Positions 18,751-27,499 are shown, counted from the first letter of the stretch. The stretch: 64,000 bases of DNA from an uncultured virus (IMG/VR IMGVR_UViG_3300029286_002633) (IMGVR_UViG_3300029286_002633); one strand, 5' to 3'. Program-made: numbers and translations. Notes: a model not told the origin generated them from the letters alone.

Positions 18751-18863
18751 AATTCATACATCCCTCAGATGTATTTAAAACCTATGAAAAAAACAATTGG
18801 GAGGAAAGGGAGGCAATTGGTGAAAAGAGGGAAATGAAAAATATCTTTTTACTTTTTGCCTCT

Positions 18864-18893
18864 TGTGTACGTAATCGTCCAAAACTATAAAAC
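18864..18893 (+). promoter_or_regulatory. element promoter motif copy (variant)
   Basis: TGTGTACGTAATCG with TATAAAA at +22. Confidence 0.65.
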
Positions 18894-18914
18894 GTTAACG
18901 ATAGATAATAAGTT

Positions 18915-19331
18915 GTGAAACCAGGGAAAGTATTATTCGAGGCACCAGGCAGTAGGGAATACGATAAGGAATACAAAGACATAGCAAATAAACTTGATGA
19001 CGTGCTCAATAAAAAGAACCCTGATAATCACTGGGAAGCCTGTGTCAAAAACTTCGGATGGCAGAGAAAAAACGGCATCATGGAAAGGTTTGAGGCGAAA
19101 AACGGGAGGGCGTTGCTTGACAACATTCTTCCGCAGACGGAAAACACGTTCACGATTTTTGAACTCAAGAAAAACGGGTTCGCAATAAACAACAGGCATC
19201 ACATGAACCAATCAGGAGATGAATGGTATTATATCCTTCCAGCATGTGTTGAAGGTTTCCATCGTGATTGGGACCATGACGGCATCTGCGTAAAAAACCT
19301 TGAAAAAGAAAAAAAGAAAGAAGAAGATTAA
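18915..19331 (+). CDS. hypothetical protein, family A
   Basis: IFELKKNGFAI, LPACVEGFHRDWDHDGICV. Confidence 0.75.
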   Translation: MKPGKVLFEAPGSREYDKEYKDIANKLDDVLNKKNPDNHWEACVKNFGWQRKNGIMERFEAKNGRALLDNILPQTENTFTIFELKKNGFAINNRHHMNQSGDEWYYILPACVEGFHRDWDHDGICVKNLEKEKKKEED

Positions 19332-19332
19332 G

Positions 19333-19701
19333 ATGAAAACAGTAAAATTGTTAATATGTGTTTGTAATCACAAGGCACTTCTAAAAAATTGTTTATGTGA
19401 TATGGATTCAGAAAGACTTGAAATTGAGAAAATACATGTATTACGAAATCTTTACAAAAGAACAGATGATGTTACAACTATTAGATTCCCAAGTGGACTG
19501 ATGAAAAGAGCAGGAGTCGAAGAGTATAAGTCGATGGGCGCATTCTTTAGAGAAGCAATGATAAAATCTATAGCAGAAAAAGAAGGTAAATCAATAGAAC
19601 AAGTGATAAAAGAACTTGAAATACCTACACTTGAACAAGCGCTTGATTTTCAATTAACTGAATATAAGAAAAACCTTGAAAAAAAGAAAGGAGAGGATTA
19701 A
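19333..19701 (+). CDS. ribbon-helix-helix-like DNA-binding protein
   Basis: TTIRFP...YKSMGAFFREAM. Confidence 0.55.
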   Translation: MKTVKLLICVCNHKALLKNCLCDMDSERLEIEKIHVLRNLYKRTDDVTTIRFPSGLMKRAGVEEYKSMGAFFREAMIKSIAEKEGKSIEQVIKELEIPTLEQALDFQLTEYKKNLEKKKGED

Positions 19702-20355
19702 ATAGTCACCTTCAGAGAATTCAAACGATTATATAAAAATGCATTAGAGCAAAACAAGACACGCATCACCATAGAGGATGAATTCGGGAAGAACGAGATA
19801 CCTCTTTTCATGGCGAGTAAAATCATCGAAAAACTTGAGCATGACCATGCACATGACGAGTCTATTGTCGGGCTTGCTGATATAAGTAAATTTTCACCAG
19901 ATACACAGGATTCGTTCAAAAGAATTAGCAGACAGTTGGAGGAGAGATTTGAAAAATCAGTGCTGAAGGAATTTGATACATTCAGAAAAGGCTTTGAAGT
20001 TGAAGCCCTTGAGGTGACAGATAAGTTGAACCCCATATGGAAAAAAATGGGACTTCAGCAAGAAAGGTCATTCCTTGAGGCATTAGTTCAACGAGCAGAG
20101 AAAGCCGTCAATGAATGTGAATGCATTGACCTTCTCATCTATAATAACGCAGTATCAGAGGCAACAGATGGACTTATGGGTTTTGTCGCAGATAAAATGG
20201 GTAAAACCATCAAAAATAAAACAATGACTGAGGTAGAAATAAAAAATAATATTGTAGCCTTCAGCAATGATTTCAGTCAGGTAAGTAAGCGAATAAGTAA
20301 CTGTATTAGAACATTTTCTAAAACCTGCAATTGCCGGAAAAACGTCATTAAATAA
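19702..20355 (+). CDS. helical protein, paralog family C; probable ATA start (first ATG 19810)
   Basis: Frame open from ATA 19702 right after the GGAGAGGA RBS and the previous stop; KGFE...LNPIWKKMG...CNC. Confidence 0.7.
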   Translation: MVTFREFKRLYKNALEQNKTRITIEDEFGKNEIPLFMASKIIEKLEHDHAHDESIVGLADISKFSPDTQDSFKRISRQLEERFEKSVLKEFDTFRKGFEVEALEVTDKLNPIWKKMGLQQERSFLEALVQRAEKAVNECECIDLLIYNNAVSEATDGLMGFVADKMGKTIKNKTMTEVEIKNNIVAFSNDFSQVSKRISNCIRTFSKTCNCRKNVIK

Positions 20356-20411
20356 ATCAAAACATTTTTAAACAGTCTCAATATCTCATTTAGTCCGGAG
20401 GTTTTTTAATT

Positions 20412-21473
20412 ATGGGCGATACGGAGAGGGAAATATCTGAACTTTTGGAGAGGAAAGAGATGAAGGTTTTTAAGGAAGAGGATGACAAAGAAAGGAAAAC
20501 AACAAAAGCCGAGGAAAAAGCGGAGAAAATAAAAAAAGTAAAAAAAGAGGAACAGAGAGTTGAGGACGACCTTCATAAGATGACTGTTGACCAACTGGAG
20601 TCCAATGTCTATTTGGAGATGGATGCTTATACTGAAATGGTCGCCAAAGGCATTAGTTTCGGCTCTATTGTTGAAGGACCAGGAGGAACAGGAAAGACCT
20701 ATCGCATTCTCAATCAACTCAAAGATGTTGATTACGCTTATACAGACAGTTTCACCACGCCAGCCGCGTTTTACATCTGGATGTACAAGAACCGCAACAA
20801 AGAAGTTCTCATTGTTGATGACATCGCTGGGTTCATGACCAATGAGAAGGTCTTGGCGTTCTTGAAAGGCGGATTGTGGGAGGTCAATGGTAGACGTATC
20901 ATCCATTACATGACGACAAAGCCTTTGCAGGATGAGAACGGTGAATATGTGCCTAATACCTTCATTCTCAGCGCTCGGATGATTATCATTACGAATAAAC
21001 TGAATCGGAAGAACCCGCATCTGCAAGCAGTCGTAACTCGTGTGAACTACTGCAAGGTGGAGATTGATTTCGATGAACTGATGAACATTTTCGAGCAGAT
21101 TGTAAGAAAGGATTACCCTGGATTATCACTTGATGAGAGATACGAGGTTTTCAACTACATCAAGGATAATACCTCTGAGACAAACATACAACTCAACATC
21201 CGAAGTCTCATTAAATGCTTTCAACAGCGTGTCTATTCAAAGAACATCAAGAGTCCTGACCTCTGGAAACGTCTTGCCATGATTAGCATTTTGCAGAAGA
21301 ATCCTAACCTTGTTATTGTCGAGGAAATCGAGAATGACACACAGTTTAAGACAGTGGAAGAAAAGGTAGCCGAGTTCAAAAGACGCACTGGTAAAGCACG
21401 AGCAACATACTTCAGATTGAAGGAACAACTCAGTCAATTCACGGGACCAAGCGATAAAGAAAAAAGTGTTTAA
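20412..21473 (+). CDS. AAA+ ATPase with C-terminal HTH
   Basis: Walker A GPGGTGKT, Walker B LIVDD, sensor IIITN, Arg finger AVVTR; TGKARATYFR. Confidence 0.85.
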   Translation: MGDTEREISELLERKEMKVFKEEDDKERKTTKAEEKAEKIKKVKKEEQRVEDDLHKMTVDQLESNVYLEMDAYTEMVAKGISFGSIVEGPGGTGKTYRILNQLKDVDYAYTDSFTTPAAFYIWMYKNRNKEVLIVDDIAGFMTNEKVLAFLKGGLWEVNGRRIIHYMTTKPLQDENGEYVPNTFILSARMIIITNKLNRKNPHLQAVVTRVNYCKVEIDFDELMNIFEQIVRKDYPGLSLDERYEVFNYIKDNTSETNIQLNIRSLIKCFQQRVYSKNIKSPDLWKRLAMISILQKNPNLVIVEEIENDTQFKTVEEKVAEFKRRTGKARATYFRLKEQLSQFTGPSDKEKSV

Positions 21474-21493
21474 AGACGCAGGCGATTACGTCA

Positions 21494-21781
21494 TTGATGT
21501 CCACGTACTTTGACGCTAAGACATTCCTCGGGGATGCATTTGACCTTGTTATCAAGAACCTTAGTGAGACTGGTAAGAAGTACGAAAAGGACATCACGAA
21601 TGATAAGGCTTTTCAGCGTTTCATGATAGATTTTGCACTTGTCATTGAGCAAACCATCAAAGTGACAGTGGATAAACATGAGGTCACGGAGAAGATTCAG
21701 AAGGTCGAAACCGAGATGCTGGATATGAAACAGCGTTTCATTGAAGCCCATGAGTTGAAGAATGACCCAGCGATTTATTGA
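21494..21781 (+). CDS. hypothetical helical protein
   Basis: ORF ends at the motif promoter. Confidence 0.65.
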   Translation: MMSTYFDAKTFLGDAFDLVIKNLSETGKKYEKDITNDKAFQRFMIDFALVIEQTIKVTVDKHEVTEKIQKVETEMLDMKQRFIEAHELKNDPAIY

Positions 21782-21811
21782 TGTATGCCTTCTTGTCGCA
21801 AAACATATAAC
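21782..21811 (+). promoter_or_regulatory. element promoter motif copy
   Basis: TGTATGCCTTCTTGTCGCA with ATATAA at +23. Confidence 0.8.
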
Positions 21812-21825
21812 TTTGCAATTCTTTA

Positions 21826-22524
21826 TTGTATTTGATGCTAAAAAAGATGACGATTGATAAGGTTCGTGAGATACGGATTAGTAAGTTTCCTACAGCGACT
21901 TTAGGAACAGAACTTAAATTATTCCTTGATTACAAAGAGGCGACTCCACAGGAGATATTGGAAAAAGGGAGGTACGTTGAAAACCATTACGGAAATAGCC
22001 CCTGGTTAATGATTACTGAAAATGAACAACAGGTCTATGAATCTGATGAGACTTGGGAATTGAATGATGTTTTATATCGTTTCGGTTGGGATTCTATTAG
22101 GAATGAATATCGCATTTTTGAACAACACCCAACAAAACCTGTTAAACATATACCCAAAACATATTATCAAGTATTATTCAAGGACATCACATCAATAAAA
22201 AGTGACGAATTCGTGATTAGTAGAAAACCACCCCAAAAATCGCCGGAATTAACCGAATTACATAAAATGGACGCATATTATAAACTTCAAAAAGCAAAAA
22301 CTGAACAGGAGAAAAAGATTGCACGCAAAGAGTTCGATGCACAATCACCTCAATGGTTTGATTTCCTATCTTTGACTTTTAAGAAACCAACGACATGTCA
22401 TATCACAGAAGACGAAGTAGATGCATATTCTATTTTCTGTGGTGTTGAAGCAGATATAAAAAAAGAGTATGGACCTGATATACAAGGAAAACCACCGAGA
22501 ACGCGCCCAATTGGACGTCCGTGA
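21826..22524 (+). CDS. hypothetical protein
   Basis: Long ORF between the two repeats; true start probably a few codons downstream. Confidence 0.7.
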   Translation: MYLMLKKMTIDKVREIRISKFPTATLGTELKLFLDYKEATPQEILEKGRYVENHYGNSPWLMITENEQQVYESDETWELNDVLYRFGWDSIRNEYRIFEQHPTKPVKHIPKTYYQVLFKDITSIKSDEFVISRKPPQKSPELTELHKMDAYYKLQKAKTEQEKKIARKEFDAQSPQWFDFLSLTFKKPTTCHITEDEVDAYSIFCGVEADIKKEYGPDIQGKPPRTRPIGRP

Positions 22525-22554
22525 TGTATACCTTCTTGTCGCAAAACATATAAC
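22525..22554 (+). promoter_or_regulatory. element promoter motif copy
   Basis: TGTATACCTTCTTGTCGCA with ATATAA at +23. Confidence 0.8.
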
Positions 22555-22587
22555 ATTATAAGACCTTTTGTTTTAGAGGAATATTAA

Positions 22588-22800
22588 ATGGATGACTGTT
22601 GTATTGAGTTCTGCAAGAAACTCGATGAATGGATTCAAGACGAGGAGAACGCCACTAAGGAATATCACTCGTGGGCAAAAAAAGCCAAGAATAACAATCA
22701 GCCACTTGTCGGGACTATCCTTGAAACACTGTCTATTGATGAGAACAAGCATGGTCACGCTCTCATGGATATAGCGATGCAGGTCTGCAAAAGCAAGTGA
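22588..22800 (+). CDS. small ferritin-like (half four-helix-bundle) protein
   Basis: DEENA..EY ... DENKH (E...Y/ExxH di-iron ligands). Confidence 0.65.
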   Translation: MDDCCIEFCKKLDEWIQDEENATKEYHSWAKKAKNNNQPLVGTILETLSIDENKHGHALMDIAMQVCKSK

Positions 22801-22842
22801 AATAGGAAACCTTTTTTAATAAACAGCATATTCTCCTACTTC

Positions 22843-23031
22843 ATGCAACAAAAGAAACCAGTTGATTTCGAGGCGATATTCCGGTCGGAGGGGCTTGAGC
22901 AACTTCCAGTCGGTAAATGTGTGGCGGCAGGGTCAAAAGGTGAGATGATGGTCTGCCGGACAGATGAGAACGAGTGGATTGCTGAAGGGAGCGACGGAGT
23001 AAAATTTAAAGGTAAGATTGACAGGAAATAA
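22843..23031 (+). CDS. small hypothetical protein
   Basis: TTTAATA box upstream; T-rich terminator downstream. Confidence 0.6.
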   Translation: MQQKKPVDFEAIFRSEGLEQLPVGKCVAAGSKGEMMVCRTDENEWIAEGSDGVKFKGKIDRK

Positions 23032-23069
23032 CACTCTTCATATTTCCTTTTTTCTTCTTTTTTTACTAC

Positions 23070-23099
23070 TGTATACGTTATTGTAATAACCTATTTAAA
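23070..23099 (+). promoter_or_regulatory. element promoter motif copy
   Basis: TGTATACGTTATTG with TATTTAA at +22. Confidence 0.8.
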
Positions 23100-23122
23100 G
23101 TTAGAAACCCTATTCTTTTCCA

Positions 23123-23344
23123 ATGAATCTTTCAAAAGTTTCCAAGACAATCATAGTTGTTGCGTTATTCCTAATTGCAACTATAATGCTTTATGTCGCA
23201 TACGAGAAGTTATACATCCCTTTCATCATCTTCATCATAGGATTTGGGCTTGTCCTTCTTATCTGTGTTTACATCATGATGAGCAAACCTAATAAAAACG
23301 AATGGAAAGATATTAGGGTAATCCCTGTTAAGAGGAAGAAATAA
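23123..23344 (+). CDS. small 2-TM membrane protein
   Basis: Two hydrophobic segments. Confidence 0.7.
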   Translation: MNLSKVSKTIIVVALFLIATIMLYVAYEKLYIPFIIFIIGFGLVLLICVYIMMSKPNKNEWKDIRVIPVKRKK

Positions 23345-23982
23345 TGCAAGAGTCCTATTACCGTATTTTAGTAAAACTGGATGGACCACTGTTAGAAAGA
23401 CGTGAGGAATTACTATCAAAAATAGAGCGTTTTAAGGATGATTTAAAAGGGAGAGGGCATTCAGGCAGATATGGACTTCAGAATCTGATATGTTATTCAC
23501 CGTTTGTGACTCATGCGACCTGTCTTGCATCAACAAATCATCCTGAAGGAGCATCATGGCTTGATTATGAACTCACACGATTGAGAGAGAATGAAATTAA
23601 TCGCCGTGCAACACTTGAGAAAAACATTGATGAACAGATTAAATCATTCAATCGGCATAAAGATAAAGAAAAGTTCATGACAGACTTAAAATCAGGTGAT
23701 TATACTCGTTTTGGTTTGTCATATATCAAAGACCAAGAACCAATGGAACCAGATGAGTATATCGGACATCTTGAACAACTTAAAAGACAGCCGTTGAACT
23801 ACGCCGGTTTCAACATATCCCCTGTTTTTATCGAGCCTGTAAAACCAAGCAAGAAAGAAATAGAAAATGAGCGTTTGTTCTTAAAACATCTCAATGAAGT
23901 ACCAACTGAGAAAAAGAGATACGAAGACACATTGATGAGAAAGATAAAGGGAACATCAGAGACGGAAGAACAGAAAAAATAA
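23344..23982 (+). CDS. hypothetical protein
   Basis: TAATG coupling. Confidence 0.7.
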   Translation: MQESYYRILVKLDGPLLERREELLSKIERFKDDLKGRGHSGRYGLQNLICYSPFVTHATCLASTNHPEGASWLDYELTRLRENEINRRATLEKNIDEQIKSFNRHKDKEKFMTDLKSGDYTRFGLSYIKDQEPMEPDEYIGHLEQLKRQPLNYAGFNISPVFIEPVKPSKKEIENERLFLKHLNEVPTEKKRYEDTLMRKIKGTSETEEQKK

Positions 23983-23997
23983 AAAAGAAAAAAAGTT

Positions 23998-24147
23998 TTA
24001 ATCTTTTTTTAATATATCATTAAGTTCACTTAATGCCTCACGTGTATCTTCTATTGTCATTGGTGCAATGCAGGCTTCAAACTCTTCTTTGCTGTTGGTT
24101 TTTTTAAGGCATCCCTGTATTGTTTCTAATTTCTTTTCCAATTCCAT
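23998..24147 (-). CDS. small helical protein (49 aa, MELEKKLETIQGC...)
   Basis: Perfect GGAGGTGA RBS 6 nt upstream on the minus strand; not in the ORF track. Confidence 0.7.
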   Translation of the reverse strand: MELEKKLETIQGCLKKTNSKEEFEACIAPMTIEDTREALSELNDILKKD

Positions 24148-24162
24148 CTTTTTTCACCTCCC

Positions 24163-24192
24163 TGTATGCTTAGTTGTCGCAAACTATAAATC
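24163..24192 (+). promoter_or_regulatory. element promoter motif copy (between divergent genes)
   Basis: TGTATGCTTAGTTGTCGCA with TATAAAT at +22. Confidence 0.75.
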
Positions 24193-24215
24193 ATTATGCA
24201 ATTATATAACTTTGT

Positions 24216-24581
24216 ATGACAACGAAAAATATCCATCTTCTGGATGCTTATAAGCAATACTTTACTGAGTTTTTTATTCATTATGGCGATTGCGAAGATA
24301 TGAAAGTCCTTGAAAAACAGTTGTTCATTCTTGAGATACAACTCCGTGAAAAAGCCTATCACTATATCCGAAGAAGCATATACGACCCACAAGACGTTCT
24401 TGATGTTCTGGACGAGATTAAAGACACACGTTTTTTAGAGGAAGGACTTGAGGGCGTAGACATCAGAAACAAAGAAATCATCATGACGAAGATGCATACT
24501 ATTTTCAAGAATCTGCGTAATTACATGGGCATCCTGAAGAACTGGGATATGAAGATGAAACGAGAAAAGCCATCCGAGTAG
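24216..24581 (+). CDS. hypothetical helical protein
   Basis: Leaderless position after the motif promoter. Confidence 0.7.
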   Translation: MTTKNIHLLDAYKQYFTEFFIHYGDCEDMKVLEKQLFILEIQLREKAYHYIRRSIYDPQDVLDVLDEIKDTRFLEEGLEGVDIRNKEIIMTKMHTIFKNLRNYMGILKNWDMKMKREKPSE

Positions 24582-24606
24582 AGAGTGGTCTCACCAAGCC
24601 ACTCTC
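24581..24606 (+). terminator. stem-loop after stop codon
   Basis: GAGAGTGG-N10-CCACTCTC. Confidence 0.5.
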
Positions 24607-24657
24607 TTATTCCCCCCGCATTCCACAATCTTTATATAACAACTATCCTATTTCCAA

Positions 24658-24969
24658 ATGATGGAGCAAACGACCTTTAAGGAACATTTTTTTGTTGTGG
24701 TAATCACTGATTTATTCCTTAAAAAATCAGAGGAATACCTTAAACTTGTTACGAGTGTCGACCAGGCAAATACCATAGCGTCGATAGAGAATAAAACCAG
24801 CGCCATAAAGCCTATGTATGTTATCATAAAACGTGGCGTTAAATGGACAGACTATCAATCATTCCCATGGAGACAAATACATTTCTATTCTACAGATGAA
24901 GAATTTGACAAGGCATTTGATAAGATAAAAGAGGATGTTAAAACTTGGAAAATGATAAAAAATCTCTAA
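24658..24969 (+). CDS. hypothetical protein
   Basis: TTTATATA box about 25 nt upstream. Confidence 0.7.
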   Translation: MMEQTTFKEHFFVVVITDLFLKKSEEYLKLVTSVDQANTIASIENKTSAIKPMYVIIKRGVKWTDYQSFPWRQIHFYSTDEEFDKAFDKIKEDVKTWKMIKNL

Positions 24970-25556
24970 AGAAAACAGTGGTTACTGAAGTTAAAAAAGG
25001 GCAATCATTCCGTCAGGCTTCAAAAAAACATAACCTTCCGCTTTCTACAGTGGTTCACTGGTGTAAACAGGAGAACATCAAATCAACACATACAAGAGCG
25101 GATACACTGGCGACAGACAAAGCGATACTTGACGTTATTCATAAGCATCTTTTACTCTCAGCGAAAGATATCGGTGATTTATTCGGCTATAAAGAGAACG
25201 CAATATGCAGGCGTGTCAATCGCCTGGTGAAACAGAAAAAGATACAGTTTATCGTCATACCTGGACGAGGGAAAGGGAAATCATTCTTCAAAGGTTTTAT
25301 AGATAAAAGACTGTATTACATTAAAAAAGATGATTTAGACAAGTGGATATGCGGGCGCATCCCAAAAGACATCCCAGGTGCCATAAAACGCGCTATATCA
25401 CAGAAACTTCACGATTCAGGGATAGATTTCGAGTTCCAGCGGAGCACGAAACGTGTGGTCGTAGTTGATGACCCCTTGTTCAATAAAGTGAAGAAGAAAG
25501 CAGCGAAACAAGGGATATCCACATCTGAATATGTGCGAAGGAGATTAAATGATTAA
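24945..25556 (+). CDS. multi-domain DNA-binding protein (HTH + wHTH + RHH)
   Basis: SFRQASKKHNLPLSTVVHW; SAKDIGDLFG...V..LV; VVVDD.L...VK..A...GIS.SEYVR. Confidence 0.7.
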   Translation: MENDKKSLKKTVVTEVKKGQSFRQASKKHNLPLSTVVHWCKQENIKSTHTRADTLATDKAILDVIHKHLLLSAKDIGDLFGYKENAICRRVNRLVKQKKIQFIVIPGRGKGKSFFKGFIDKRLYYIKKDDLDKWICGRIPKDIPGAIKRAISQKLHDSGIDFEFQRSTKRVVVVDDPLFNKVKKKAAKQGISTSEYVRRRLND

Positions 25557-26601
25557 TATCTCTATTCAAGCAAAAACATACACGTATGAAGAATTACAAG
25601 CATCTTTTAAGAGATATTCAGAGAAACCTGCGGATTTCGATGAGTTTCTGGCTGCCATGATTAAAACAGGGCAAGTGGAAGACCGTAAAGGTGTTCTCCA
25701 TCCAACACAGGTGACGACAGAGACAACGAAGACAAGCCAATACCGTGATTACAACACCATCCTGTATGGTGGAAAAAGAACAGCTCGATACCCTCGTTTA
25801 GCAATACGGGCAACATTAACCGACGAACGAACCGACCCGATAAAAATGTATTTATCCTCTTATCAAGACCGGAAAGGAGAATGGCATCGAATCCCGGAGA
25901 AACCAGACCTCAACCTCACAAGAGGACGTAGCAATGAACGATGGAGAGCAAACATACCATCGGAGATAATACATAAATACAGACTTAAAATAGACACTCC
26001 GCTTAGAATCCGTACTCAAGAAGTCACAAAAAGATTCTACTCAAAACTCACTCTTTGGGGTTATCAAACGCAAGGGATGACATCGTTCGGTGAAACAGGT
26101 GAACATCAAGAAGACAGGCATCTTGAGTTACGTTCAGAGGATTTTACATTTGAGGTCAAAGGACCGATACAGGCTGAGGCAGAAACCGCGAATAAAAAAA
26201 TTGTATCTGTTACAAGGAAATGGCTTGACATCTTTGATAAGAATTACTCAGATTTCTTTGACAACAGCATTGTGACACAACATGCCGGCATCGACTTAAT
26301 ACCTTTGGAGAAAGCACCAAAAGGCACATTGGCAACGATAACATTTGAAGACATTGATAAAGGAAGGATACTTGGAGAAGCACAAGCAACATTACCGAAA
26401 AACTGGTTGGATAAACCAGATGAGAATACTGTCGCCGCTTTTTTTCTCACTCAAGACAGGGTTGTCCATGGTTACAAGGGACGAGACAGGACATTCAAAG
26501 TGAAAGAAGGCGGGGTACGGAAAACAAAGAACTACACTCCATATACAAGTCAGACTAGACTTAACCTGCCGAATGTATCTGGTTTCAAGAGGAAAAAATG
26601 A
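25549..26601 (+). CDS. hypothetical protein
   Basis: 350-aa ORF; AAGGAG RBS. Confidence 0.75.
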   Translation: MINISIQAKTYTYEELQASFKRYSEKPADFDEFLAAMIKTGQVEDRKGVLHPTQVTTETTKTSQYRDYNTILYGGKRTARYPRLAIRATLTDERTDPIKMYLSSYQDRKGEWHRIPEKPDLNLTRGRSNERWRANIPSEIIHKYRLKIDTPLRIRTQEVTKRFYSKLTLWGYQTQGMTSFGETGEHQEDRHLELRSEDFTFEVKGPIQAEAETANKKIVSVTRKWLDIFDKNYSDFFDNSIVTQHAGIDLIPLEKAPKGTLATITFEDIDKGRILGEAQATLPKNWLDKPDENTVAAFFLTQDRVVHGYKGRDRTFKVKEGGVRKTKNYTPYTSQTRLNLPNVSGFKRKK

Positions 26602-26888
26602 GAAACATCGTTGGAGTAGATAAGGATGGCATTTCGCTTGAGGAAGCAAAGACATTGAAAGGCTTAATGCAGAAACAGGAGAATTGTCAAATCCTGTTAT
26701 GGCAAACAAACCGTGGATTCCATTTTGAACTTGTCTATAAAAAAGAAATCACAAAAGAAGAAAACTTCGCAATCCGTGAGAAATACGACGACTGCCCTGA
26801 ACGATTGAGAATATCAAAATTAAGAGGAGAACCATATGATGTATTGTTCAGTATTAAGGATGGAAAATGGAGGAAGTTGATATTATGA
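26598..26888 (+). CDS. miniature AEP/primase-fold-like protein
   Basis: GVDKD (DxD), TNRGFH, R..YDD..R. Confidence 0.55.
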   Translation: MRNIVGVDKDGISLEEAKTLKGLMQKQENCQILLWQTNRGFHFELVYKKEITKEENFAIREKYDDCPERLRISKLRGEPYDVLFSIKDGKWRKLIL

Positions 26889-27196
26889 GGACAGGAAACG
26901 CGATACTCGCAGTATTTAGTTTTTGGATGGCGTTCACATTCCCATTAACCGCCATCGACACAATAAAGACAAACAACCTTGAATCCATGATGCCGGTGAG
27001 CACAGGAATCTTCGCACTCTTCGTCTTTTTCTTTTTCATTGCAGCAGGTATCGTATCATTAGCATTTGGAAAAGAGAGCATCGTAAACCACAAAATAGCA
27101 TTTGCAAAAACACCAGTGGAGCGAGAAAAAGCAAAAGAAGCCCTCATAAAAGTAACAGGTGACGAAAAACTAACTATTGATGATTTATTTAATTAA
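26885..27196 (+). CDS. 2-TM membrane protein
   Basis: Two hydrophobic helices; ATGA coupling. Confidence 0.7.
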   Translation: MRTGNAILAVFSFWMAFTFPLTAIDTIKTNNLESMMPVSTGIFALFVFFFFIAAGIVSLAFGKESIVNHKIAFAKTPVEREKAKEALIKVTGDEKLTIDDLFN

Positions 27197-27197
27197 G

Positions 27198-27227
27198 TGT
27201 ATACGTTCTTGCCACAATGTTATTAAA
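27198..27227 (+). promoter_or_regulatory. element promoter motif copy
   Basis: TGTATACGTTCTTG with TTATTAA at +22. Confidence 0.75.
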
Positions 27228-27247
27228 TTTAAGAGTATTTTGTGATA

Positions 27248-27364
27248 ATGGTGCAGGGAATGGAAAGGAACGTAGAGATGCGATATTCTACAACATTTAA
27301 ACTTCTCACGGTATACACCGCTGTTTTTATGTTAGGGTGTATCGCACGTTTTATTCTTGGATGA
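27248..27364 (+). CDS. 38-aa single-TM microprotein
   Basis: Only ORF behind the motif promoter; hydrophobic C-terminal half. Confidence 0.5.
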   Translation: MVQGMERNVEMRYSTTFKLLTVYTAVFMLGCIARFILG

Positions 27365-27404
27365 AACAATAAACATTATATATCCTCAAACTAATCTCAA
27401 TTTT

Positions 27405-27481
27405 GGAGTGGTAAACTACGAGTCTTGGCGCTCATCACCCTTGGCTGGTTCTTTACTGCTCCCACTTCTCAAAGTTGAGAG
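27405..27481 (+). ncRNA. candidate structured leader / small RNA
   Basis: 11-bp stem 27405-27415/27452-27462 enclosing two CTTGGC-loop hairpins; TTATATA at 27376. Confidence 0.55.
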
Positions 27482-27499
27482 AACAAAGGATGGATTTAT

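Larger units (their letters stand above)
21779..22554 (+). repeat. 33-nt direct repeat (21779-21811, 22522-22554; 1 mismatch) flanking one gene
   Basis: TGATGTATRCCTTCTTGTCGCAAAACATATAAC; each copy is stop codon + promoter motif. Confidence 0.9.

Noticed and set aside
27310..27320. Extra GTATAC motif copy
   Set aside because: Inside a small ORF, lacking the TTG and the phased TATA box
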